From a virus: a stretch of DNA of 64,000 nt. Every line of letters starts with the position of its first letter. Position 1 is the first letter of the stretch. Below the pieces are notes generated by a model. The model worked only from the letters and a program-made list of their open reading frames with translations. It made no database searches and was not told the DNA's origin. The translations under genes and the position numbers were made by a program. Shown here in pieces: positions 1-7,447 of this stretch. The stretch is from the IMG/VR virus record IMGVR_UViG_2718217965_000001; one strand, given 5' to 3'.

Positions 1-1175
1 ATCCAGGCGCCGTAGACATTGAAAACCATTTGGGCGCTTGTGTGCCCCATCTGGCTCGCAATGAAGCTGGGGTTGGCCCCGGCTGACAGTGACCAGCAGG
101 CATAAGTGTGTCTGGACTGATATGCTTTGCGATGCCTTAAACCAGCTCGTTTCAGCGCCGCCTCCCATGAGTCACCAATTGAATCAACCTTGTAATGATA
201 ACCAACGTTACTGCTTTTTCTGACCAGCTGAGGATTGAACACAAATGTACAGTCATGAATAGCCGTTCGGCCATACTCCCGTAGTTGTACCTCAATCTGA
301 TACTGCTTTCCCAGTCTGGTCATTTCCGCCTGGTTCCTCAAAGCGTCAATGGCTGGTTTGATCAGATGCACGACCCTGTCGGTGCCGGCTTCGGTTTTTG
401 GTGGAGTGAAATCACCGAGTTTCGTATAATTTCGGCGTATGGTCATCGTTCCAGCTTTCAGATCTATGTCTTCCCATGCAAGGGAGACCAGCTCACCGTG
501 GCGTAATCCTGTGTAAACCGCAACGGACCACAGGTTTTTCGTTTGCTGATGCGGGCAGGCATCTATGAAACGAATAAATTCGTCACGAGTGAGTGGATCA
601 GGTTCTATCCTGGCCCTTTTAAGCGGCCTGATTCCGTTAAATGGGTTTTCCCGGATATAACCATTATCAGCGGCAAACTGAAACATGCCCGCCATGGTGG
701 TCATGTAATAGTTTGCTGTCGCCACACTCAAACCGTTCTTCACCGATCCCGCCGACAACATATCTTTCCTGACATACAACAGATCTTCCCTGTTCACGGA
801 TGAAGCAAGCTTGTTTCCACCAATCCTCAGCAGCATATTCCTTACAACCGATTCATATCGGTCCAGAGCATTAGCGCAGATCTCCAGCCGTTTCAGCTCC
901 AGCCATTTTTCAGACAGAAATTTCACGGTGATATCTTTCTTGCAGATGCCGAAAGTTTTCAGGTTTGGCGAATTGGGGAATTGCGCCGCATAGTCAAAGG
1001 TCCCCATGCGGATAGCGAAACAAACTGACGTTCGCAGTTCCCCTGCCACCTTCCTGTTTTTAGCGGTGTCAGGGACACCGAGATTTTCCCTGACACGCTT
1101 ACCTTTAAAAATGAACCATATGCGGAGTGATTTTCCGTGGTTCTCAACGCCCGTTGGGTATGATTCTTTACTCAT
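1..1175 (-). CDS. int: Tyrosine integrase, e14 IntE-like (3' end runs off the window)
   Basis: Manual translation from ATG 1175: MSKESYPTGVENHGKSLRIWFIFKGKRVRENLG (arm-binding domain); C-terminal HTYACW...GANPSFIASQMGH...VY catalytic motifs; missing from the ORF track because its stop is outside the window. Confidence 0.93.
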   Translation of the reverse strand, partial: MSKESYPTGVENHGKSLRIWFIFKGKRVRENLGVPDTAKNRKVAGELRTSVCFAIRMGTFDYAAQFPNSPNLKTFGICKKDITVKFLSEKWLELKRLEICANALDRYESVVRNMLLRIGGNKLASSVNREDLLYVRKDMLSAGSVKNGLSVATANYYMTTMAGMFQFAADNGYIRENPFNGIRPLKRARIEPDPLTRDEFIRFIDACPHQQTKNLWSVAVYTGLRHGELVSLAWEDIDLKAGTMTIRRNYTKLGDFTPPKTEAGTDRVVHLIKPAIDALRNQAEMTRLGKQYQIEVQLREYGRTAIHDCTFVFNPQLVRKSSNVGYHYKVDSIGDSWEAALKRAGLRHRKAYQSRHTYACWSLSAGANPSFIASQMGHTSAQMVFNVYGAW

Positions 1176-1217
1176 TGTTCCCTCCCGACGTCCAGGAGCG
1201 TTGCAAGTTTACCTGTT

Positions 1218-1463
1218 TCATACCGCCCGATCACCCAATGGTTGCTTTTGCGCCTGAATCCATGCGTCTACCGCTTTGCGGTTGTACATGCATTCGCTGG
1301 TTGGCTTTGGGTCACCTTCAGGGGAAACGTGCTTATACTCACGCCCAAGCAGCCAGGATGATTTGCGGGCCCGTGTAATGGTTCCACGTTTCATCCCTGT
1401 GACTGCCATCAGCAAGTCCTCTGAAACCCATTCGTTTGGCTCGATCTGGATTATTGTCTGCAT
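1218..1463 (-). CDS. xis: Excisionase (e14 XisE-like)
   Basis: 81 aa directly upstream of int; EPNEWV...W..GREYKHVSP.G.P...SECMYN pattern. Confidence 0.85.
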   Translation of the reverse strand: MQTIIQIEPNEWVSEDLLMAVTGMKRGTITRARKSSWLLGREYKHVSPEGDPKPTSECMYNRKAVDAWIQAQKQPLGDRAV

Positions 1464-1466
1464 TTA

Positions 1467-1684
1467 TCACCTCCGATGCTTACCGCGTAATTCCTCTTCT
1501 TCCTGACAGTCAGCGCAGCGCTGGCAGCCCGCCACCAGTTCCCGGCGCCGCTAGGGTATCTCTTCCCCACAGTCGCAGCAGTGAGTAGCCGAGACTGCCG
1601 CATGGTTGATGCGCATGTTCTGGATGGTCATTTCCAGCCGGCGCTCTGCCAGCTCGTTGGCTGATCGATGATTTCTGCGCTCAT
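1467..1684 (-). pseudogene. TraR/DksA C4 zinc-finger protein inactivated by a 1-bp deletion and an amber stop
   Basis: MSAEIIDQ then a frame change near 1661 into ANELAERRLE...CCDCGEEIP, TAG at 1551-1553, then RRRELVAGCQRCADCQEEEE. Confidence 0.85.
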
Positions 1685-2430
1685 GCTGCACCGCCTTCAA
1701 CGCGCTTGAACTCGATAACCCAAACCCAGGGATTAGCATTCCAGTTATCCTGCCCGTAGATTGATTGCCACAGGTAGGCAAAAGCATCGGTAGCGTCAGG
1801 CTCTGGATTGGCGCATCCGCATGGCTCAGGTTCCCCGCAATTAAGACAGCCACCGTCAATAATGCCTTCTGCTCGCGCATCCTCTTCGCTGATAGCGTTC
1901 AGCCGCTCAACCCGCACGTCGGTGATTTCCAGCAGAATGCGGCTGGCCCAGCGCGGCATGTGGATTGACGGGCGCCATGCTCCTTCGAACTTGTGCTCTT
2001 TGGTATGTGGTTTCCAGTAGGCGTCATCGGGAATAGACCACAGGCCGTAATCACCTGGTCTCTGCTCGCAGCTGGCGCGGTAAATCCTTGCCGCTGAGCG
2101 CTCATCTCCTTTGCAAAGATTATCTTCCCAATCGACATAACAGCCGTCTTCATTGCCCAGGGTCGCCCATGTTTCACGCACCCAGATACGTTCGCCGACG
2201 GCGCCGAACGGGGATGAGAAAAGCTTTGAACGCACATGGTTACCAGTAGCGTTAGATTCCGCCCAATGGTATTTGCCAATGTCACTGTGCTTGGTTGAGT
2301 CAGTGATAAGCAGCAAGCCAAGCTGGTTGGATTCCGGCTGTACCTTCATAATCCGCCTGGTCTGCGTCTTCCGACCGTCGAGGATGGCCCGTACCATTTC
2401 AGAGTTGAAAATCATCCCGCGCTCTTTCAT
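1681..2430 (-). CDS. Conserved phage protein, ASCH/PUA-like
   Basis: MIFNSEMVRAILDGRKTQTRR ... WRPSIHMPRWASRI ... NPWVWVIEF. Confidence 0.75.
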   Translation of the reverse strand: MKERGMIFNSEMVRAILDGRKTQTRRIMKVQPESNQLGLLLITDSTKHSDIGKYHWAESNATGNHVRSKLFSSPFGAVGERIWVRETWATLGNEDGCYVDWEDNLCKGDERSAARIYRASCEQRPGDYGLWSIPDDAYWKPHTKEHKFEGAWRPSIHMPRWASRILLEITDVRVERLNAISEEDARAEGIIDGGCLNCGEPEPCGCANPEPDATDAFAYLWQSIYGQDNWNANPWVWVIEFKRVEGGAA

Positions 2431-2651
2431 CGTGATGCCTCCGCTTTAATCGCTTTATACGCACGCAGTACGTGAGAGGTTTTACCGGTAATTACCGTTT
2501 TTAAAACAAAGAAACCGCTACGCTTAGCACGAACGGAAGGGGCAAGAAATAGCGCCGTATCAACAACGCGGTTATGAAGACGGAATTCAAATACAGTGCT
2601 TGTTAATGTGATGACTGAATCCGACCCTTGATCATTGAATTCTATTTTCAT
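2427..2651 (-). CDS. Hypothetical protein
   Basis: 74 aa, 4-bp overlaps with both neighbours. Confidence 0.7.
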   Translation of the reverse strand: MKIEFNDQGSDSVITLTSTVFEFRLHNRVVDTALFLAPSVRAKRSGFFVLKTVITGKTSHVLRAYKAIKAEASR

Positions 2652-2875
2652 GATTGTGCTTTCCTGTCTTTGAGTTGATTGTATTTTTCATGGCTCATAA
2701 CTTCCCAGCATGTTCCGTTATTGCGGGATAATAAGCGCCATTTTCTGCCAATCTTTAAACTTAAATTCCCGCATTTGATTCGGCATGGCTTTATATCTCC
2801 CTTGCTGTACAAGCTCAGAACATGCGATGCCTTTTCATTTACATGCGATGGAATACGGTTGGATGTGATTATCAT
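2648..2875 (-). CDS. Small basic protein, possibly ParE/RelE-like fold
   Basis: 75 aa with LSLKIGRKWRLLS...WEVMSHEKYN. Confidence 0.5.
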   Translation of the reverse strand: MIITSNRIPSHVNEKASHVLSLYSKGDIKPCRIKCGNLSLKIGRKWRLLSRNNGTCWEVMSHEKYNQLKDRKAQS

Positions 2876-2882
2876 CCGTCAC

Positions 2883-3104
2883 CTACCAGCGCTTGTGGGC
2901 AAGGTGTCCGGGGCGTGATGGTAAGGTTTTACGAAACGAGGAAGCGGCAGCGGAGAGGGCGATTTTCTGCTTTTCTTTCTCATTGCATACCGGGCAGAAA
3001 TAAAAGTCTCTCCGATAAGCACCCCTGCCAGATGGGCGATATTGCAGCTCATCGCGAGCAAAAGAACCGCCGCAACCATGACAGTGCAACTTTAATTCTT
3101 CCAT
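2883..3104 (-). CDS. Small zinc-finger protein
   Basis: CHGC and CPVC pairs; GGAGA RBS. Confidence 0.65.
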   Translation of the reverse strand: MEELKLHCHGCGGSFARDELQYRPSGRGAYRRDFYFCPVCNEKEKQKIALSAAASSFRKTLPSRPGHLAHKRW

Positions 3105-3174
3105 ATATCTATCTCCGGTTAAATTTAATGTGTTTATACCTGCCAGTTAAGGCATTAAATAAAAAGTGCTGGTA

Positions 3175-3468
3175 TTAGTAAGAAACTTCTGTGTTTATTT
3201 TATAACGTGCATTGCCAGAATCTGCGTTAACAGAAATCAAATCGCCATACATGTCATAATTCAAAATAACGTCATTGAATTTCAGGGTTGAGAGAGATTC
3301 TTCGCGACCGCAAAACATAAAATCTTCTGCGTGCTTTGCTTCCTCATAAATATCTTTCATTAAGGAAAAAGCCTCTGACCACATTTCACTATTACCAATA
3401 AATTGCGCAATAGCCAGCTTGCTTTGTGCCGCTTTAAACGCTGGGTTGCCATGCAGTAAATTAGCCAT
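3175..3468 (-). CDS. Hypothetical protein (97 aa)
   Basis: Start MANLLHG at 3468 after AAGGGG, overlapping the upstream stop. Confidence 0.65.
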   Translation of the reverse strand: MANLLHGNPAFKAAQSKLAIAQFIGNSEMWSEAFSLMKDIYEEAKHAEDFMFCGREESLSTLKFNDVILNYDMYGDLISVNADSGNARYKINTEVSY

Positions 3469-3571
3469 TGAACACCCCTTTGATATACATAATTTCGACA
3501 GCCAGCCCACTCCAGAAAACCAATCCGATGGCCAGCGCGATTAACAGGGAACGAATGCCGTTTTTGCTCAT
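3461..3571 (-). CDS. 36-aa single-TM peptide
   Basis: MSKNGIRSLLIALAIGLVFWSGLAVEIMYIKGVFNG; ATGA-coupled to the upstream peptide. Confidence 0.6.
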   Translation of the reverse strand: MSKNGIRSLLIALAIGLVFWSGLAVEIMYIKGVFNG

Positions 3572-3678
3572 GAGACACCCCAGCAAAATTTGAAGCTAAC
3601 CCATGCGACTGCAACCACAAGCAGAGCAACCTTTATGCAGAACCGATGCCATGCAGGAACTTCATGTTCGCGGATCAT
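3568..3678 (-). CDS. 36-aa single-TM peptide
   Basis: MIREHEVPAWHRFCIKVALLVVAVAWVSFKFCWGVS; GAGGG RBS. Confidence 0.6.
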   Translation of the reverse strand: MIREHEVPAWHRFCIKVALLVVAVAWVSFKFCWGVS

Positions 3679-3712
3679 TTGCTACCCTCACTGTCATGTG
3701 AATTTGAGTACC

Positions 3713-3872
3713 AACAGACCTTGCAATGCAGTGCCGGGTGCCTCCCGGTGATACCAGCCAGTTAACAACTGATATCGGCAGCTTTCTTTCCACCCCACTT
3801 CGGGAAACAAGTGGTACTGCTTTAACTGAACCGCGTGCGCATAGCCGCATTCACTGCATTGCAAGGTCTGTT
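3713..3872. repeat. Perfect 21-bp inverted repeat enclosing a 118-nt structured segment (candidate ncRNA or RNase III site)
   Basis: AACAGACCTTGCAATGCAGTG (3713-3733) / CACTGCATTGCAAGGTCTGTT (3852-3872). Confidence 0.85.
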
Positions 3873-3897
3873 ATTTGCTTGTTCGTTCATCCCATTT

Positions 3898-4101
3898 TCA
3901 AAAGCCAAACTCATTAAGCGCATCAGGATGCATAGGCTTTCGGGGGATGTCGGAATCCTGGAATTTTTTTAACCAATGCTGATATAACCTGACAGCTATG
4001 CTTGCCCTTTCAGGGTTACGGAATGTGCCAATGTTCCGCGTCATTCCGTTAGCCCTGGCCGTCGCCCTATATCCAAAATGAGTTTTTACAACGTACTTCA
4101 T
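3898..4101 (-). CDS. Hypothetical protein with an AP2-like pattern
   Basis: YRATARANGMTRNIGTFRNPERA; GAGG RBS. Confidence 0.55.
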   Translation of the reverse strand: MKYVVKTHFGYRATARANGMTRNIGTFRNPERASIAVRLYQHWLKKFQDSDIPRKPMHPDALNEFGF

Positions 4102-4136
4102 TAGATGGCCTCTACGAGCTTGAAGGGAAGAATTGG

Positions 4137-4280
4137 TCAGACTTCCGCATTCAATTCGTCGCGAATATCACCTGCAGCCATCATCAAATCCCAGTCGTTA
4201 TCGCTTAGTGCATCCTGCGCAATGCGGTAAGAAACTTGATAACGGCCCATCAGGTACTGAATCATTTCTGCTTTAGTCAT
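4137..4280 (-). CDS. 47-aa helical protein, first ORF of the pL operon
   Basis: MTKAEMIQYLMGRYQVSYRIAQDALSDNDWDLMMAAGDIRDELNAEV; GAGGT RBS. Confidence 0.6.
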   Translation of the reverse strand: MTKAEMIQYLMGRYQVSYRIAQDALSDNDWDLMMAAGDIRDELNAEV

Positions 4281-4377
4281 GGTGACCACCTCGTTTAGTA
4301 GACCCTTATCGCCGGGTAGCGGAACGTTTTCTGCTTATCAACCACTGTGCGGTGATTGGTGTTGCTTGGATGGCTTA

Positions 4378-4462
4378 ACTATGCGATAGAGAATAATTCA
4401 AGTCAATAGAGAATTGGCAAAATAATTCTTATGCGCATGATAGAGCGGATTCTTAAAGGAAT
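4378..4462 (-). promoter_or_regulatory. pL promoter and OL operators
   Basis: TTGACT-N17-CATAGT on the minus strand (4406-4378); 14-bp ATKC-N6-GMAT sites at 4381, 4425, 4449 and a variant at 4401. Confidence 0.7.
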
Positions 4463-4496
4463 TTTTTTGCTGGAATAGGAGACTGCAGAATGTATA

Positions 4497-4512
4497 CTGG
4501 ATAAATATACAG
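4497..4512. promoter_or_regulatory. LexA (SOS) box
   Basis: CTG-GATAAATATA-CAG matches CTG-N10-CAG with an AT-rich spacer and overlaps a TATACT -10-like hexamer. Confidence 0.75.
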
Positions 4513-4550
4513 TTACTGGTGGTAAGAATAGAATGTCAGGAGGTGGCTTT

Positions 4551-4751
4551 ATGGGTGTGCTGTACGTGAGGATGGGGCCTGGGCGTTATGTCAGTACCCA
4601 GGCAGCAGATAGACAGATTGTTTACTTATTTAATTCCGGTATGAAGACTTGGACGATAGGTCCAACTACAGAAGAGAGATCAGATACTGGCGCTAAAGGG
4701 ACCCTCACGTCATCCACCGAAAGATACCCATTACCATCACCACCGATATGA
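4551..4751 (+). CDS. Putative SOS-controlled small ORF convergent on and overlapping cI
   Basis: AGGAGGT RBS before ATG 4551; 66 aa; 130-bp antisense overlap with cI. Confidence 0.4.
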   Translation: MGVLYVRMGPGRYVSTQAADRQIVYLFNSGMKTWTIGPTTEERSDTGAKGTLTSSTERYPLPSPPI

Positions 4752-5218
4752 TATTTGAAGACAGACAATGTCTCTTTGAGTCTTACGAGAACAAGGTCAT
4801 CAGAGGTTGCAATAGCCTCTGGATCGACAATAACAATAGCGCCGGAGGGGGCTTGAGCGATGCCAGTCCGGCCCTTGATTATATAAGCGCGGAAATGTTC
4901 GGGTAGTTCGCTAAACCAGGATACATAATCACCAGTAAAGCCATCAAAATCATAAACCTTAACGTTTTTAGAGACGTCGATAGCCTGCAGAGGTTGGTTA
5001 GAATTTCCGTAAATTGATCCTGTTCCATTAATCAGCCAGTCAGCGCTCACTCCAAGAGCTGCCGCTATCTTGCCCGCGTGGCGCGAAGTCTCGCTGTCTC
5101 CGCGCAGGATTTTTGAGATAGAGGATTGCGGCACTCCAGCCTGTTTCCCCAGCTCGGTCTGGTTGGTTTTACCCGTAGACCTCATGGCGTAAGCCAGTCT
5201 TTCTTTTAACGTTTTCAT
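4622..5218 (-). CDS. cI: CI-like repressor (HTH plus degenerate S24 domain)
   Basis: TLKERL...QTELGKQAGVPQSSISKILRG HTH; divergent from cro; no GxSM motif in the C-terminal domain. Confidence 0.9.
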   Translation of the reverse strand: MKTLKERLAYAMRSTGKTNQTELGKQAGVPQSSISKILRGDSETSRHAGKIAAALGVSADWLINGTGSIYGNSNQPLQAIDVSKNVKVYDFDGFTGDYVSWFSELPEHFRAYIIKGRTGIAQAPSGAIVIVDPEAIATSDDLVLVRLKETLSVFKYHIGGDGNGYLSVDDVRVPLAPVSDLSSVVGPIVQVFIPELNK

Positions 5219-5225
5219 AGCACGA

Positions 5226-5322
5226 AAAATATTCCCTAACGAATTTTATGTCAAAGTCTCAAATGACTTGATCATTTAAATTCCCTAACGCATAATCACC
5301 TTAAAATTATGCAAGGGGGAAT
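5226..5322. promoter_or_regulatory. pRM/pR promoters and OR operators
   Basis: pR TTGATC-N17-CATAAT (5268-5296, +); pRM TTGACA-N17-TATTTT (5254-5226, -), implying a near-leaderless cI mRNA; operators at 5231, 5280, 5309 and a variant at 5255. Confidence 0.75.
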
Positions 5323-5326
5323 TTTC

Positions 5327-5539
5327 ATGAGCGGCACAGTCAACGAGGCAATCAAGCGCGCCATCTGCATAGCAGGTTCTCAAACAGAGCTGGCAAGAAA
5401 GACAGGGGTCAACCAATCCACTGTCAGTAAATGGCTTAACGGTGCCGAGATCGGCTCCCGGTTTATTAAGTCCATTGTCATTGCCACTGATGGGCAGGTA
5501 AGCGCCTCTGAAATCCTTAATTCAATTTCACATAGATAA
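5327..5539 (+). CDS. cro: Cro-like regulator
   Basis: AGSQTELARKTGVNQSTVSKWLNG HTH; divergent from cI. Confidence 0.88.
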   Translation: MSGTVNEAIKRAICIAGSQTELARKTGVNQSTVSKWLNGAEIGSRFIKSIVIATDGQVSASEILNSISHR

Positions 5540-5559
5540 CGCCAGAGGAAGTATCACAG

Positions 5560-5880
5560 ATGGAGAATGCAATAGCCCGAAAGTTAGAGCCGCCGATCCT
5601 CAACCCAATTGAGATAGAGGGCATTTTGTTAAACCGCCTTTTGTCCATTAGCCAGAAGGCTTTTGCAGAAATGCGAGGGGTAAGCGAATCAACGATTAGT
5701 CGCCGTAAGAGCGAAGGGTACTACGCCGAGATGGCGAAAGAGATAGCAGCGTTGGGCCTGCAGGTTGTTCCGCCAGAGGCGGTTGTAGTTTCCCGTCACT
5801 ACCTGCAATCAGTAGAGACGCTGGCAGATATCGGTTTACGTGCGGAGCGGTGCCGTCCTGGTCCGCTTGGGTGGGACTGA
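5560..5880 (+). CDS. cII: CII-like regulator
   Basis: Follows cro; ILLNRL...QKAFAEMRGVSESTISRRK. Confidence 0.75.
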   Translation: MENAIARKLEPPILNPIEIEGILLNRLLSISQKAFAEMRGVSESTISRRKSEGYYAEMAKEIAALGLQVVPPEAVVVSRHYLQSVETLADIGLRAERCRPGPLGWD

Positions 5881-6069
5881 TGAAGAGTAAAAAAGGCGAA
5901 AGCCGCGGTGCGGTAACACCAACGGCTTTCAGGTGCAAAAACGAAGAGGTAATTGCGAGGTAATTATGCCTGACCACAAACAAAAATCAAATACACCCCG
6001 ATGCTCTGCATGCCGCAGGGCTAATCAATCCGTTGCTGTTAAAGCGCCGTAACTCCACTAACTCTGGAG

Positions 6070-6330
6070 GTGACTATGTGTAACCACTCTGCTGCTGAAC
6101 TGATTGCGCGTCTGAAACGTGCTTATCCGGCGTATGAGCCGTCCGAAATGGGTAATGCCTGTGATGGTATCCCCAAGGCCGGATCTCGCTTCCAGCACAG
6201 GCACAAGAGCCACATGGTGACGGTAATTAGTGCAACTGACAAAGATGTGTCCTATCGCAAAGCCTGCGGGAAAGTTGGCTGGATGGGGTTACGTGAGTTT
6301 TTACGGCTACACAATGAGGTTTTGGTATGA
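6070..6330 (+). CDS. Hypothetical protein (DUF4222-like)
   Basis: GGAGG RBS; ATGA-coupled to the initiator. Confidence 0.65.
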   Translation: MTMCNHSAAELIARLKRAYPAYEPSEMGNACDGIPKAGSRFQHRHKSHMVTVISATDKDVSYRKACGKVGWMGLREFLRLHNEVLV

Positions 6331-7421
6331 GCAATCAGGTCTTTGAAATTGTTCAGGCCATGTCTGGGCAGGGGAACTGCATAACGATTCCCGGCCCGTA
6401 TCTGGATTTCTTTGCAGGAGACAGGCAGCAGCATTTGCTGGCAGCGATTCTCAATCAGCTGGTGTTCTGGTCGGGTAAGTCGAGTCTGGATGATGGCTGG
6501 TTTTACAAGGAGCATGCGGCGCTTGCGAAAGAGGTACGCGCTAAAGATGGCGATGTTGTCCGAAAAGCGATGTTCAAAATTACGGATCAGTACCTGTCGG
6601 GCGTTATCGAAGAAGAGCTTCGTCAGGTGGGTGGAACACCCAAAAAGCATTACCGAATTGACCAGGAAGCGCTCATTTCCCGGATATTCCCGCAAATACT
6701 GGATTCGGCTCAAGAGCAGAATGGGAATAAGTCACTGAAAGTAATGGAAACGGCTTATAAGCCGAATGGAAACGGCACAAAAGCCGAATCGAAGCAAGTT
6801 ACTGAAAATAATGGAATCGGCTCTCAAGCCGAATGCATTCGTCCCAAGAGCCGAATGGAAACGGCTCATGAGCCGAATCCTGGAATCGGCTCTCAAGCCG
6901 AATCCTATCTCTATACAGATCTTAAAAACAGATCATTACATACAGATCATAAAAACCACGCGGGAGAGATTTCTCCTGTGGATAACTTTGCTGAGCCAGT
7001 GCGTGAAATCGTCATCCCGGAAGCAATCATTCCTGACGCTACCGAAGCCAGTAACCTGGCTACCGATGATGATTTCGACCTCGCTACGTGGTTCTGGTCG
7101 ACCATCATCGAGCTGTACGAACGCGCAGCAGAGTTCGACGGCACTCTGGCAAAGCCTAGAGAGCCGAACTTCGCAGCCTGGGCGCAAGAAATTTGCATGC
7201 TTCGCCAGGAGCACGGCTGCAGCCATGACCAAATCCGCACCATGATTGAGCGCATTCAGCGCGATCAGTTCTGGTGCTCCCGAGTTCAATCCGTGAAAAC
7301 CCTACGCAGCAAATGGCAGGAGCTGGCTCTGAAATTATGCCCGGCAAACCTGGCAACCGGCAGCTCGTTCGGTGTGAGCAGCAAACTGGATACCGACATC
7401 CCGAAAGGTTTCCGGGGCTAA
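6327..7421 (+). CDS. Replication initiator (O-analogue) with internal origin
   Basis: 364 aa; N-terminal wHTH-like region, central iterons, C-terminal DQFW...SVKTLRSKW. Confidence 0.85.
   Translation: MSNQVFEIVQAMSGQGNCITIPGPYLDFFAGDRQQHLLAAILNQLVFWSGKSSLDDGWFYKEHAALAKEVRAKDGDVVRKAMFKITDQYLSGVIEEELRQVGGTPKKHYRIDQEALISRIFPQILDSAQEQNGNKSLKVMETAYKPNGNGTKAESKQVTENNGIGSQAECIRPKSRMETAHEPNPGIGSQAESYLYTDLKNRSLHTDHKNHAGEISPVDNFAEPVREIVIPEAIIPDATEASNLATDDDFDLATWFWSTIIELYERAAEFDGTLAKPREPNFAAWAQEICMLRQEHGCSHDQIRTMIERIQRDQFWCSRVQSVKTLRSKWQELALKLCPANLATGSSFGVSSKLDTDIPKGFRG
6701..6985 (+). repeat. Replication origin: seven 22-bp iterons, AT-rich ACAGATC x3 region and a DnaA box
   Basis: Near-consensus GGAWWCGGCTNNNRAGCCGAAT at 6701, 6746, 6768, 6813, 6835, 6857, 6882; TGTGGATAA at 6977-6985. 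Confidence 0.85.
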
Positions 7422-7447
7422 CAAATTTAACCGTGAGGATATCTCTG

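Noticed and set aside
285..1378. Several short plus-strand ORFs
   Set aside because: Antisense to the integrase and excisionase.
3713..3872. Retron msr-msd or MITE reading of the inverted repeat
   Set aside because: No reverse transcriptase in the window and no target-site duplication.
6701..6903. 22-bp repeats as a CRISPR array
   Set aside because: Mostly abutting, without unique spacers, inside the initiator CDS and with no cas genes; they are iterons.
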